DNA of 61,561 nt, the filler included, from Basidioascus undulatus (taxonomy: Eukaryota), in the NCBI GenBank assembly GCA_000826855.1. It is 14 parts of 14 records of this genome, joined end to end, with 100 filler letters (N's around TTAATTAATTAA, not from the genome) between each part and the next. Parts side by side here need not be neighbours in the genome. Positions count along the whole stretch, not along the records: positions 1 to 2,841 come from JTLS01002623.1; positions 2,942 to 5,779 come from JTLS01002624.1; positions 5,880 to 8,708 come from JTLS01002625.1; positions 8,809 to 11,637 come from JTLS01002626.1; positions 11,738 to 14,564 come from JTLS01002627.1; 9 more parts are not named here. The stretch is one strand, 5' to 3'. The notes under the pieces were generated by a model. That model ran no database searches. It worked only from the letters and a program-made list of their open reading frames with translations, and was not told where the DNA came from. Positions 1-12,394 of this stretch are shown here, piece after piece (positions within the stretch are counted from its first letter, which is position 1; the number at the start of each line of letters is the position of its first letter). A program made the translations under genes and the position numbers.

Positions 1-119
1 TTGGGTCTAAAAGCCTCGGAGAGTACTCACGCCATGGTCCGTCGCGGTCGAACAGATAAGCCGAGGAGCAGTCGACAGCCGGAAGCCAAATCGAAGCACA
101 AATGGACGTGGCTGTGCAG

Positions 120-1005
120 GCGCACCCGTCCGGAAATCAACACAATTACTCTTCTTGGCATATATTTCTGGATGAAAATATACACAGCCAGACTAACGTT
201 GCCGTGGATAGCCACCAGAGCTGCACGTCGACCCGGCCCATCCATGCACGTTTGTTCAGGTTCGCGTACGTGAGGAGATGAAGACGCCGCTCAAGCGGGC
301 GAAAATGAGTGGCAGGCGGAGGTGGACAAAGGAAACACCGACTACAAGCGATCGTACGAGGTGCGCCGGCTTGTTGACCTCTCCTCCGTTCCTCCATTCC
401 GCTCCATAACTACTTGATATTGACAATTTCTTTGATGAATGACCGTCTTCACAGTCACTTCGGCTCGAGGAAACCGGCTTCTCCGCCTACTTCCTCCAGC
501 CGCTCCTTGTCGCCGGTCCACGCATGGCGCTAACCGTTTGGGACCCTATCGATGATAACAAAAGAGACAAATACCGCGCAAGCCCAAACAGCTTCGGCAT
601 CGAGCGGCTTAGGGACCACGCGCCCTTCCCCAACCCGTTCCCGGGCAGTGGTCGGAAGTGTTTGAAAATCCAAGCAAAATGTGAGTGAGTGACGGGCGCA
701 GCGTTCGTATGTAATCGCACAACATCGGCGACGCCGCTGTGAACCCGTACCTGCTCGTGCTCAATGCCGCGTCGAAGCTGCGTACGGTGCCCGTATCTGC
801 AGACGAGACGATTATATGCCTCCTGAACGACCATCGGGAGCTCGAGGATCTTATCTACTGGTGGCCAAAGGGCCTCGAGCCGCTGAGACAGCCTGAGCGC
901 TTTCACCGTGCGCACTCTTCCCTTCTCACCAGCCCCAGTCCCACCGGACTGGGGGAGGGAAGGCGCAGTAACTTATGCATCTACGTGTTCGGCAGCGCCT
1001 TCTGA
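120..1005 (+). pseudogene. possible fungal HNH-endonuclease-like gene or relic (fragmentary)
   Basis: Scattered + strand peptides (FLDENIHSQTNVAV, RPIHARLFRFA, AYFLQPLLVAGPRMALTVWDP, VNPYLLVLNAASKLR) recall basidiomycete HNH_2-type hypothetical proteins with an NPxxxxxNAxxK motif. I could not build a clean exon chain. Confidence 0.3.
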
Positions 1006-2399
1006 ACCACGCATGCGCGTGGACTCTTTCGCCAAGGCTGCAGATGGCTCTGTATAGACTGCTGCCGTGTCAAATTCTCTTCCATATGCTTTCAGGAGCT
1101 CCACTTCCCTGACCACCTGTGCCTCAGGGACGCTGCGAGCATGTTCTCTTGAGCTCCGCTGAGGTCCGGTTTCTTCTAGTTCCAGCTCCTCGTTAAACAT
1201 TAGATAGTCAATCGTCCTGGTAAATAAACTACGCTGAATTGCAACCGGTGATCCAAGGCCAACCAAAATGGCTGGCGAAAGGGTATGCCCGCTGCTCGAA
1301 CGTAGGAAGGAGCGTCTACTTATCTTCAGGTTACCGGGCTCAGACAAGCTTTCGTATGAGGTCCCATTGGTGGCAAGATTTTATGTAACTACCGTCCGTG
1401 CATATACGTGATGCTCCCAACACTGTTTCCAATACGACCGGCACGCTGCACTGCACTGCGTCTGCGCCTGAACTGGCAGTTTTTCGCGTAGCGTGCCGTC
1501 TGCATGTCAGAAGAGCTTTTGTCTCCGGCTACCCCAGTTATGGTCTATGTCATAGATATCGAAAGCCTGTATCATTACGCCGTAAACACGTTATATTGGG
1601 CGCCAGCAGCTACCGGCAGCTGCACGCCTGAATTAGGAGACTCGTGGCTGCAAGACCTGCTGCTAATGGTTCATGCTCCATCGTAAAAAAAGAAGCGATT
1701 AAATCGATCTCCTATCCTGCTAACTCTACCAGGGATCACGTCTCAACCTGCGCTCCAAATCTGAGTAGGGAGAACATTGCTGGGCCTCTCTGCCAGCGGT
1801 GTTGCTTAGCCCCTGACCTACCCCTTGTATGGATCCTTCTCCTTCAAATATGAGGACGAGAGAACTGTTCGGAACAGGTAAGGGACAGACGATGTAGCCG
1901 CCTGTATGCGAGCGTGCTTGACGGACGACCGGCAATCGTCGAGAAAGCCCCTCATATTGTTCGTAGCTTACATCCTCCTGTCCACTTGACCAAACAGTGT
2001 CCCTGTCCGTGTGGCAGTTACTCAGTTTCCTTCGAATTTGAGTCCCTTCGAGCACAAGCCATTCCCCTGCCCGCTACCAGTCGCCGAAAGGCGATCGGTG
2101 CCAAACATGCAGTACTAGTGCGAGTCCCAGCATTCCCCCAGTAGTTACGTTGCCGATTCATGCTCCAGCACACAGCTCATGCTTGTCGCGAGTCAAAGTT
2201 TCCAACAAGAGCGCGTCGTGCAGTCGCAATCCCAGGTGAGTCAGGCACTCTCACACCAAGTCCAGCTCAACTCGTGTACCAATTCATCCGCACCCTAAAC
2301 CATAAATTAACCTACAATCACAACCCGCGTGGTCCCGAACCTCTACCTCCACCTGAACATCAACCGTCCCAGACAACACAAGCACACAAAAGAACAGTA

Positions 2400-2810
2400 T
2401 CAAGACACACAGTATCTCTCCGTCACTCCACTCAAATGCGGCGTAACCACCACATTCCTCCTCCCCCAAAGCGGATGCCCCTGCGGCAGCGGCTCCGGCT
2501 CGCTCACATCCAGCGCAGCCCCGGCGATCCGCCCCTCATCGAGCGCCTCAACAAGCGCGTCCGTATCCACCAACCCACCGCGCCCGATGTTGATCAGGAT
2601 CGACGAGGGTTTGAGGTGGAAGAGCGTGGAGCGGGAGATGATGTGTCGGGTTGAGGGCGTCAGGGGGGCGGCGAGGAGGAGGACGTCGGATTGGGAGAGG
2701 AAGCGGTGCAGGGAGGTGGGGGAGGAGGTGGAGTAGTAGGTTTCGGGAAGCCTGTCCGAGGGAGCGGAGGAAAAGGGGAAGAAGGAGGAGGTATAACTGT
2801 GCGAGTCCAA
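2400..2810 (-). CDS. D-isomer-specific 2-hydroxyacid dehydrogenase, C-terminal NAD-binding part (partial, 5' part lost at contig end)
   Basis: DVLLLAAPLTPSTRHII...ILINIGRGGLVDTDALVEALDEGRIAGAALDVSEPEPLP..HPLW...NVVVTPHLSG contains the family R, E and H catalytic motifs. Confidence 0.9.
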   Translation of the reverse strand: MDSHSYTSSFFPFSSAPSDRLPETYYSTSSPTSLHRFLSQSDVLLLAAPLTPSTRHIISRSTLFHLKPSSILINIGRGGLVDTDALVEALDEGRIAGAALDVSEPEPLPQGHPLWGRRNVVVTPHLSGVTERYCVS

Positions 2811-2841
2811 GTGATCACAAAAGAGGAACAGTCAATTCGGA

Positions 2842-2941
2842 NNNNNNNNNNNNNNNNNNNNNNNNNNNNNNNNNNNNNNNNNNNNTTAATTAATTAANNN
2901 NNNNNNNNNNNNNNNNNNNNNNNNNNNNNNNNNNNNNNNNN
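2842..2941. other. artificial contig linker (N44-TTAATTAATTAA-N44), first of 13
   Basis: Identical 100-nt six-frame-stop spacers at 2842-2941, 5780-5879, 8709-8808, 11638-11737, 14565-14664, 17491-17590, 20417-20516, 44018-44117, 46944-47043, 49869-49968, 52793-52892, 55717-55816 and 58640-58739. Confidence 0.99.
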
Positions 2942-4060
2942 ACCTAACCAGGGGGCTGAGAGAGGGGGTGGAGTGAAAGCTGCTAGAAACTGTGGCAATA
3001 GTGTTGCTGGCTTGGTTCATGGCACGCAGATCGGTTCCAAGCGGATTCCCAAGCACATCAGGGCATCCGCTAGCCCATCCGAAAGCAAGCCACGACACCG
3101 CGTTGATGAAGTTGCCCATCGTGGATGTCTGTTGAGCGAGAGCGGGGGAGTGCGATGATGAGATTGGTGGAGGAGAGCGGGATGGAAGGGCCGTGCCAGA
3201 CCTAAGAGAAAACGAGAGTAAGAGATAGGAGGTGAAGCCAGTCGGTCAGTCAGGGTAATAATGGACAACAGGGGTGCAAAGGCACAGGGGAAGGGGGGAG
3301 GGGTCAGTCCGCTCATGCTGGTCCGGATTCATACAGGCTGGCACACGACCGCGTGGGTGAGAGAGCTCGCTGAATGGCCCTTGCAATGCAGGTCTCTGCA
3401 AAGTCTTCGAGCGGAAAATATTCCCAACACCCCAAGAAAGCAAAAATGACTCAAATCTGCTCAAAGACATGTACGCGTTTGATGCGGCCTTGTCTGCCTG
3501 GCAACATTTCCTAGCTCCTCTGACACATTCGCACATTCCGCAAAGAGATCTAAGGTGGTACTTATAGGTTTTATATCTGTTTTTCAACTGATTGTGGTGA
3601 CGCAGATACTACGGCGGAAGCCGGCAATCAGGACGGCCTGCCGTAGGCAACCAGAGCCGATTTGTCTTGCATGTTTTAACAATCTTCACTTCGGTCTTCA
3701 ACAGGGGCAGTCAATTCGTTATTCCATCGTTATTTGTGCTTTTCTGTGGAGTGGTCACCGCCCCTCTGACAGCCGCAGGCCAATGTCTGACATTCTACTC
3801 TCAGCTACGGAAAGTCCGTTACAGATTCGTGCTTTGAGTGTTGCACCCAAACCAACTCACTAGTCAACAAGCTGCTGGCAGCCCTGAGTAGACCCACCTC
3901 AGCGCTCAGCGCACAACACCGCTTCCGCTCACCACGTTCCACGTCCACCCACATCGTCTTCCCCTCTCTCACTTCACACCCTTAGCATCCCTCCGCAGCA
4001 GTTCTCCAATCATTCCTTTCCTTTTCTGAAGTAGTAATAAATGGACAGTAGCTTACGTAA

Positions 4061-4168
4061 GACCAGATGGCCGAGTGGTTAAGGCGACAGACTAGAACGC
4101 GTTTCTACATGGTTACTTTGGTCATCTGTTGGGCTCTGCCCGCGTAGGTTCAAATCCTGCTCTGGTCG
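4061..4168 (+). tRNA. tRNA-Ser(AGA) with 26-nt intron (4098-4123)
   Basis: GACCAGA/TCTGGTC acceptor stem, TGGCCGAGTGG A box, ACAGA-CT-AGA-A[intron]A-TCTGT anticodon arm, long variable arm GGGCTCTGCCC, GGTTCAAATCC B box, T5 terminator just downstream. Confidence 0.96.
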
Positions 4169-5170
4169 AATACTTTTTGCCTGTACGCTCTGGTCGCATG
4201 GAAGAACTGACTTTTGTTGTTCAGTGGTCCTCACCTGTTTCTTGGCCCTTTCCAGGCGTACACGCACGGCTTTGAACGCTGGCGTCCGTACCCTTAAAAG
4301 CGCTCATACACGAGTTTCTTTGAGGGTGGATAAGTGAACGCGCAAGTTATGCCGTCTGGATCCGAGCAAGCTTTCGCGGAACACCCCCGACCGGAGTCTT
4401 GTGGGTAATCTAGTGAGATTCACTGACAAGCATGGGCAGGGCATTCCACCTTCGCTTACGACGAACGCCACGAAGCTCAGTTGAGTGAGGTTGTCCTTCA
4501 GATTCTCATCCGGTGAGAAAGTCGTGGGTACCATCAGGTCTGGAGACTTTCGACTCGGAGGCTCGAAACCTGCATGCGGTACACAGCGAGAGCGCATGCA
4601 CCGCTGCTTTGGGCTCTGGTGCGCACACACCACGAAGCTATTGGAAGGAACAAATTGAACCTAGATGATTTCTTCGGAAGCCAAGAAGCAGAAAAGTGAG
4701 GAATTAGACGAAGAAAGAGTGCGGCGACGCTTCGTTCCAACTTTGCAGGAAGCAGTGCTTCAAGTGGGACCTTTTCCCAGTTTTCTCTTCCCGTCACAAA
4801 TACACAGCCTAAGATTATACTTCAACTCTCAATTATCCTTCAAATCTCTGAGAATCGGCATACCGGAGACCACACTCTACTGTGCCACTGTGCGGTGGCC
4901 AAGTTGTCTGGGCGAGAGTGGGCGAATCTGAGAGGACGAGAACTGACCAGCACATGCCGCTGATTCTCACCGTAAACTCGCTTTGGAATGAATAGAATAA
5001 TTCCGAATACTTGACTCCAAGCATCCTGCGACTGTGAAATGGAAGACCCTGCGAGTGAGAGGTTAGGGTTACGCGGCGCCATTCCCACCGCGTCGGGCCC
5101 CGAAGCCGGCGCCTTCTCCCTTCCCGTCCCTTCTCCCACGCCCAGCTCACTTCGCCTCCTCAACCGCACG

Positions 5171-5779
5171 ATGGCGCACCCGCAAGAGCCCACGACGTTC
5201 CAGAAGCGTGCGCCCTCATCCTCTCCTGCACCACAGCTCGGAAATCGGACTGACAGCCCCCCCCCCCTTCCCCCGGTGCAGTCAAGGTCCGTGTTTGGGG
5301 AGGGGGAGGTGGAAGAGGGATGAGGGTTGCTGACGGGCCGAGAGAGAACAGATGGGCGCGCTGATGGGCGGCTCGGTCGGGCTGACGATCGGATTCATCT
5401 TTGGCGGGTTCTCCATTCTGAGGTGAGTTGGTCGCGGGCGGAGCTCGGTGAACAGGCAGCGATGACACTGTTCTTTCATTTTCTCGCTCGTGAAGAGCCG
5501 GCCCCGGCCCGCGCGGCGTGCTCGCAACGCTCTCGCAGTACATGCTCTCCTCCGCAGCGACCTTCGGCTTCTTCATGTCCATCGGCTCTGTGCGTCCTTT
5601 CTACCTCCCTTCTCTCCCCCATCCACCCTATCCTGTCCTCCTCTCCCACTCTCGGCTAACCATCACCCTCCCCTCCCTTCGAATACCTTTCCCCCAACCC
5701 TCATCCTCTCGGCGCCGACACCCCCTACCTCCCCTTCCACGCATAGGTAATCCGCACCGACTCCCCCCTCGCCCTCCCC
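5171..5779 (+). CDS. MGR2: Mgr2/Romo1 subunit of the TIM23 mitochondrial translocase (3'-partial)
   Basis: Exons 5171-5207, 5282-5286, 5352-5422, 5496-5589 and 5747-contig end splice to [74 protein letters not shown]. Confidence 0.93.
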
Positions 5780-5951
5780 NNNNNNNNNNNNNNNNNNNNN
5801 NNNNNNNNNNNNNNNNNNNNNNNTTAATTAATTAANNNNNNNNNNNNNNNNNNNNNNNNNNNNNNNNNNNNNNNNNNNNTCCAGGTGCGCTTCCTTGACT
5901 CCCCCTTCAGTAAGACACCGTTGACGCTCAACTCTGTTTCGTCCCTCGCAG

Positions 5952-6444
5952 ATGCACCTCACCTACCAGCAGACCCTCTTCCGCTCCTCCCTCACCTCCC
6001 TCCGCCTAGCACAACTCACGACGGGCCATCCCTCCGTTCGTCGACCCGCCTCCACACCAATTGCACCCGCAACGGCCCCTGTACCCGCACCTGCGCCAGC
6101 ACCCGGCCCCGCCCCCGCGCTTCCGGCCGCAGCCCTCTCCTTCTTCCAGCTCTCCACGCTGCAGGAGGCGATCATCGGGCTCTCGCTCCTCCAGCCTACG
6201 GCGCAGCGCGACGCAGCCGTGCGCCAGAGCCCGGCGATCGCGGTCCTTCTGCCGCTGTGCGAGCTTTATGACTCGCATGAGAGCTTCCGGGCGGAGGTGC
6301 AAGCTAGGCGGGTGAGTCGTCGGGTTTTAGTGAAGGGAGACGAGGACTGTGCTGATTGAGGAGAGGGCGAACACGCAGGCTATGTACGAAGACGTCGTGA
6401 GGCGACAGCAGGGGTCGCAGGGGCAGGCTGTGGCAGCCTCGTAG
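5952..6444 (+). CDS. 3' exons of an unidentified protein
   Basis: CAG acceptor before 5952, GC3-rich coding frame, GTGAGT...CAG intron, last exon AMYEDVVRRQQGSQGQAVAAS* (TAG 6442-6444). No family recognised. Confidence 0.55.
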
Positions 6445-7329
6445 GCCTGTTTGCCTGTGCATGGATTTGAACAGACGCGCGTTATAATGCTTCTTGCCGT
6501 CAACATCTGCGTGCGCGCCTTCTTAAGTGAAGATCTCGGTTGACTGTTTCTTTTGCCGAGCAACTTCCCATGAGGTAGGTATCCCGTGTGCTGCCTTGTC
6601 CGTCATATGTCGCTCTGCCGCTCCTCGTCTCGTGCGACTCAGCACAGTCCATCGCTGCCCTCTGGCACAGCTGACTTCACACGCACGTGCAGAAGCCTCT
6701 CGCGCACACACCCACACACCGCGCAAGCAAGTCACTCAAAACACATGCATACACAGGCTGCCAGGCCGGGCGTCGTCGGTTGGGGGGGATCACGTGTAAC
6801 GGCGTAGTGGAGACGACAGCCAAAGAAAAGCAGTATCGGAACAGGCGCCTCGGAGTGCGAGTTTGTCAAACCTCAAGTCGAAAAAGGAGAAACGAGAAAT
6901 GAAAAAGGGTGTAGTAAGAAGAGGAAGAACAAGGAAGAAGAGGACGCGAGCGCAGATGTAAAGCGGAACCGGACAGGCGGGAACGGGGAACAAGATGGCG
7001 TATCACGATCATGACTAGAGAGGCGGGGGAAAGGGGTATGCGGAGAGGAGAAAGTTGCGAGGACATATGGTTTGTTGGTTTGTGTTGTGTGCGTGTGTGC
7101 GAGCTGAGCTGCCGGGACGAACGCGAACGAGGGAGCGCGCGAGAAAAGGGAGTGCAGAATCCTCGACGAGCGGTAACGGGGGGGTGTAAAGAGGGGCGTG
7201 GGAGAGGGGACGCGGCGTGACAGAGACCTAAGCAGCCTGCAGCGGACGGAAGGAAGGGGGAGAGAGCGCGAGCAGCAGCACAGAACGGGGGACGAGAAGC
7301 GACGGGTAGCAACTATGCGACCGCGGCGT

Positions 7330-8604
7330 CTAGAGGACGACACACTTGCTCTTCCGGCGGCTGCCGCCCTTGGAGAGGAGCGCGGCGCGGGTCGCAACCT
7401 GGAAGACCTCCCGGACGCCCTCGTTCGTGCGCGCCGAGCACTCGATGTAGTGCTTCGCGCCGATCTTCTGCGCAACGGCTTGGCCCTGCATCAATCCCCC
7501 ATCCGCAAATGCCCCATCAGCGACCGCGACTTTTTGTAATTGAGTGGAGGGAGAAGGCGGGAAGGGAGACGCACATCTGCGGGCATGACGGGCCGCTGGC
7601 TCGTCTTGCGGAGCTCCTCGATCGTCTTGGGGTCGCGCCGGAGGTCCATCTTGCACCCAACGAGGATGATCGGCAGGCCCGCGCAGAAGTGCATCACCTC
7701 CGAAATCCACTGTGCACCACCGCCCCGCGCATGCCCGGGTCAGCATCAACCATCTCTCTCTCTCTCCGCGCCCCCGGGCCAACCGACACAGCGTACCTTC
7801 TCCTGGACGTTGTCGAGCGAGTCGGGCGAGTCGACGGCGAAGCAGATGAGGATAACGTGGCTGTCCGGGTACGACAGCGGGCGCAGACGGTCGTAGTCCT
7901 CCTGACCCGCGGTATCCCACCTAGTCCGCCCCGACCGAGTTCTCAGCATGCGTTGCGGACCTTGAGAGAGGTTGAAAACAGTACTCACAACGCAAGCTCG
8001 ACGTGCTTCCCATCTACCTCAACATCCGCAACGTAGTTCTCGAAGACGGTCGGGACGTAGACCTGATAGGAGGCGCGCGCCGTGGTAGGTCAGCTTCCAG
8101 GGTCTTCCGACGGCGAGCTCGGAGCTGCGGTCCACGGCGCCTGAGCCTCGCATGTCTAAGAAAAGACACAGCATTCCGCTCCATATCGTCGTCTGGGGCG
8201 CTCAGTCCTGCGCAGTCCTCTCAACCCTCTCATGCTAGTGATCGGGGCGGCCTCCACTTGGCGGCGCGGCGGACGGGACCCTTCCGTCCGTACGCGCCTG
8301 CCCCAACGACGATCACTTTCGCCCAATACCGACGTCCGGTTGCGGAGAGATAGGAGAAGGGAATGGGCAGGAAAGAGGGAGATGGGAACGCACCTCGGGG
8401 AAAGTACCTTTGGAAAAGACGATGAGGAGACAGGTCTTTCCGCACGCACCGTCACCGACGATGACGAGCTTGCGACGGATCTCGGACCTGCAAAGCAGCA
8501 CCAACAACACCCAGACCCCGAAGCAAAGATGGACCAGACAAGGGCTGCGTCAGCGCTTGCACTGCAGGGGGAGAGGCCAGCAGAAGTGGTCTGACGACGC
8601 ACAT
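7330..8604 (-). CDS. RHO1: Rho1-type small GTPase
   Basis: Spliced product [45 protein letters not shown].../[22 protein letters not shown]...ECSART...KSKCVVL* (CAAX). The start codon is split AT|G by intron 8602-8488. Confidence 0.97.
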
Positions 8605-8808
8605 GGCGGCGGAGTGGATTGGCTGGGGGGGTGGTCGCGGGGGATAGCGGTTCGAGGGTGTCTGGCGATGAGGACGACGGCGGGTGCGGCGGGTACAGCG
8701 GCGGGGCGNNNNNNNNNNNNNNNNNNNNNNNNNNNNNNNNNNNNNNNNNNNNTTAATTAATTAANNNNNNNNNNNNNNNNNNNNNNNNNNNNNNNNNNNN
8801 NNNNNNNN

Positions 8809-9962
8809 GCATCAAGAGCGAGGCGCTGCGGCTTTTGGGGGTTCTCGCTTCCGCAGATGCAGAAAGGGGGGGGGGTGTGGGAATGGGGATAGGAATAGGG
8901 GGAGGAGAGGGAGGGGAGGAGGGGGAAGCAGCAGAGGGAGAGGAGGGGAGAAGAGGACGAACCGATCGTGAGATTCCCGCCAAGCGCGAAGGCCTTGACT
9001 GCGTCTTCAGAGTTGAGGACTACGACAAAGTCGGAGATGCTGTGATACGTATCTGGTCAGCCCCATCTTCGTCCTCAGTCCTCCGTGAGGGAATGAACAT
9101 GTACTCTGCGCCAACTTGGAGGCCCCATCCGACGCCCTGTAATACCGAAAGAGGACCGAGTTAGGTAAAGCAAAAGGGGAGATACGGGAGCAAGGGAATT
9201 AGGGGCGCTGGAGAGGCGGAAGGGGAAGAGGGAAGAGGGAAGACGCACGCCGGTCGCGATGCAGCTCGGGGCGGACCACGAGCCGTCGGGGAGGCGGGCG
9301 ATGACGATACCCGAGCCAGCCTGGTAGGAGCAATTGAAAGCGCAGGGATGAGGTCGTTCGGGGCGGAGTCGATCGGGGCGAGGGATTGGGGACGGAAGGG
9401 TTAGGAGGGGGAGGGGGGACGAGTCAGGGCCGAGGGGAACAGATGATTGCAGAGGGCAACGCACCTTGCCAGAGAAGATGAACCCAGCCTTGATGATCCT
9501 GAACACGGCGAGGCCCTTTGCGCGCTGGAGGACGGCCTTGGGGATGGAGTTGAGCGCGGACTGGGGGTCGTCAGGGTTGGCTGGTGACGCGCCGCGCCGT
9601 CAGGTCACACGTCTTCAGTCCATAAAAAATGGGGGAAAGCACACACCGAGGAAGGAGCGGAGGATTTCTGCGCTCTTGCGGCACTCTGTCGGGAGGCTAA
9701 AGTCGAGCTCTGGGCGCTGGGAGACCTCACGCGCGAAGGACTCGGCGGAGGAGGCGCCGCTGAGGGGGGGTTCGCGGTCAGGGTACGGAGGTATAAAAGA
9801 GGGAAGAGAGAGGAGGGGTGAACACACGTCTTTGCGAATGCCGTCGCCTGCACGCCTACTTTCCGGGCGGTGTCTTGGAACTGATGTTGAGGGCAAGGGG
9901 GAGATTGGTGAGTGCTGCGCGTAGAGCTCGAGTCGGGCGCGCACCTTGGAGAGGAAGCTCAT
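8809..9962 (-). CDS. SYLF (Ysc84/Lsb3 actin- and lipid-binding) domain protein, 3'-partial
   Basis: Exons encode SLPTECRKSAEILRSFL, SIPKAVLQRAKGLAVFRIIKAGFIFSGK, AGSGIVIARLPDGSWSAPSCI, GVGWGLQVGAE and DFVVVLNSEDAVKAFALGGNLTIG, which are typical Ysc84-domain motifs. Confidence 0.9.
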
Positions 9963-10267
9963 TGTGCTCGCGGGTAGTTGTTGGCTGCGTGTGGATGTGT
10001 GGACGCTTGTGCGAGTGATGAGAACGAGAAAGGCGAGCTGCGGGGCGAGCCAAGTCGAGCATGCGAGTTCGTGCCGACTCTGACGTCGACTCTGGGGACC
10101 CGGGATTCGACAAGTAAGTTAGTATGGAATCCCGAACTCCGAAAGGACAATCATGCATAGCAGACTTTCCCACGCTCATGTTCTTCTCCCTCGAGCGCCT
10201 TCTCGCTTCCCGTCCCTCGAGAATCTACAGAAACTACCACCACGTTCCCCATTGCACACGTCGCACG

Positions 10268-11637
10268 ATGTTCCCCACGCACCGGCTTATCCAGCCGGGC
10301 GACCTCGTCATCGTCTGGATGGTCCGTCCTCCCTTCCTGCCTCCTTCCCTCTGCCTCTCCTCGCCTCACCTTGCCCCCGCTTCCAGACGCGCGAGAACCT
10401 GCACCCCCTCATCGTTACCCCGGGCGAGGCGCTGAACAACCGCTTCGGGCACTTCAAGCACGCGGACATGGTCAACCTCCCCTTCGGCTCCAAGATGCCC
10501 TCCAAGAACCAGCGCGGCTTCATCCACCTCCTCCGCCCCACCCCCGAGCTCTGGACACACGCCCTCCCCCACCGCACACAGATCCTCTACCTCCCTGATA
10601 CGGCGTTCATTGTCTCGCACCTCGATATTAGACCGGGGAGCAGGGTTATTGAGGCGGGTACTGGGTCAGGGAGCTTCACGCATAGTGTTGCGCGGACGGT
10701 CGGGAGTAAGGGACGGGTGTGGACGTTCGAGTACCATGAGAGTCGGGCGGAGAAGGCTAGGTGCGTGCGAGACTTTCTGGGGCGATAAGGAGGGATTACA
10801 TTCCCGCTCACCCATTCTGGTGCGATTGCAGAGCCGAGTTCGCATCACACAACATGCTCGACCGCGTCGTCCCCGCGCACCGGGACGTGTGCAAAGATGG
10901 CTTCGGGGGGATCGAGAACGAGGCGGATGCGGGTGGGTCCTTCTCTCCCATTTCCTCTGCCTCCCCACTCCCTCCTTCTTTACTCCCGCTTTCCCGCCCC
11001 CCCCTCCCGCCTTTCCCCTTCTGAACCACTCCTGCCCGCGCCCGCAGTCTTCCTCGACCTCCCCATGCCGTGGGAAGCCATCCCCGAAGCGAAGCGGGCT
11101 TTGCGGGTGCGTCGCCCTTGCCTCTTCCTCTCCGTACCCTTGCGACCTCGCAATCCAACCTCACCCCACCCTCGCCTAACCACAGACCGACCGCATCTCC
11201 CGCATCTGCTGCTTCTCCCCCTGCATCGAGCAAGTCCTGCGCACCGTGTCCGCCCTGAACCTGCACGGCTTCTCCGGTGGGTCCCACCCTCTCTCTCCCT
11301 TCTTCTCCCATCTCCCTCCTCCATCCACACCAACCTCCCTCTCCCTCCCCTTCTCCTTCTCTCCACCGCCTCCCCCCCTCCTCGCTCACACTAAACCCGC
11401 TCAAACCCCAGAAATAACGATGTACGAAATCCTCTCCCGGTCACACGAAGTGCTCTACGCGCCCGTGCCCTCCGTGCTCGACGCGAAGGCGCGCCTGCGG
11501 GAGGTGGAAGAGCGCAAGGAAGCGCGGCGGCAGGCGCAGATGGTCGAGAGCGAGCGGCGCCGCGCGGGCGGGGCGGGGGAGAAGCGGAAGCGGGACGAGG
11601 AGGATGGGGAGGCGTCTCCGGCGCCGAGCACTGGGGC
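10268..11637 (+). CDS. TRM61: tRNA (adenine-58-N1)-methyltransferase catalytic subunit, 3'-partial
   Basis: GFIHLLRPTPELWTHALPHRTQILY..D, VIEAGTGSGSFTHS, TFEYHESRA, HRDVCKDGF, AVFLDLPMPWEAI and CCFSPCIEQV are Gcd14/Trm61 motifs. Confidence 0.95.
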
Positions 11638-11737
11638 NNNNNNNNNNNNNNNNNNNNNNNNNNNNNNNNNNNNNNNNNNNNTTAATTAATTAANNNNNNN
11701 NNNNNNNNNNNNNNNNNNNNNNNNNNNNNNNNNNNNN

Positions 11738-12394
11738 CCGCTCTCTCTCTCTACGCCCCGCACTTCACCAAGCGCGCAAAAACTCCCCCCGCCCTCCTCC
11801 CAACTGTGCCCGTCCTCTCTCACGCCCTCCCAACACCACCCCACCAGCACCGAACGACGCCCTCGAAGGCCGGTTGGCGCCCCGCCCTTCACCCTCTCCT
11901 ACCTCCGCCGTGTCCCCGAGCTGCGCGACCTCGCGCGGCGCGTCGTGCGGCAGGTGGCAAAGGCGAAGGAGCGTGAGCGGCGCAGGCGCGCCAAGGCTGG
12001 GCTCCCTGCTCCTCCCCCCACTTCTGCTTCGACAGGCACATCCGGCGCGCCGAGGGAGAGGCTGGGCGCCAAGGTGCGTCGGCTGTTTGAGTGGGCGACC
12101 CGCACGCTCGTCGAGGAGGGAAGTGTGGTCGTTTCTTCCACGCCTGCCCCTCCCCCGCCCACGTCATCTCAGGCTCAAGAGAACTTCGACCTCTCCTACG
12201 CCTCCACGTTCTCCACTTTCTCTCAGCCCTCCGTCTCCCTCTCCTTCTCCCTCTCCTCCTCCGCCCCATCCCTCCTGCTCTCCTCCGACTCCGACGACCC
12301 CCTCTCCCCGCCCGACTCATATACACACTATGAGCTCCCGCAATTCCTTCCCCCAGTCCTGGGCCCTGGAGGCTGGTCTCGGCGTCGGCGGTGA
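11738..12394 (+). CDS. C-terminal part of a probable Stn1-like (CST complex) basidiomycete protein
   Basis: FTLSYLRRVPELRDLARRVV...KVRRLFEWATRTLVEEGSVVV resembles, from memory, the C-terminal region of basidiomycete Stn1-like OB-fold proteins. The N-terminus is not in this contig. Confidence 0.4.
   Translation, partial: PLSLSTPRTSPSAQKLPPPSSQLCPSSLTPSQHHPTSTERRPRRPVGAPPFTLSYLRRVPELRDLARRVVRQVAKAKERERRRRAKAGLPAPPPTSASTGTSGAPRERLGAKVRRLFEWATRTLVEEGSVVVSSTPAPPPPTSSQAQENFDLSYASTFSTFSQPSVSLSFSLSSSAPSLLLSSDSDDPLSPPDSYTHYELPQFLPPVLGPGGWSRRRR

Noticed and set aside
2886..2897. TTAATTAATTAA recurring about every 2.9 kb, resembling a regularly spaced repeat or array
   Set aside because: It is always embedded in N44 on both sides and gives stops in all six frames, so it is an artificial contig linker.
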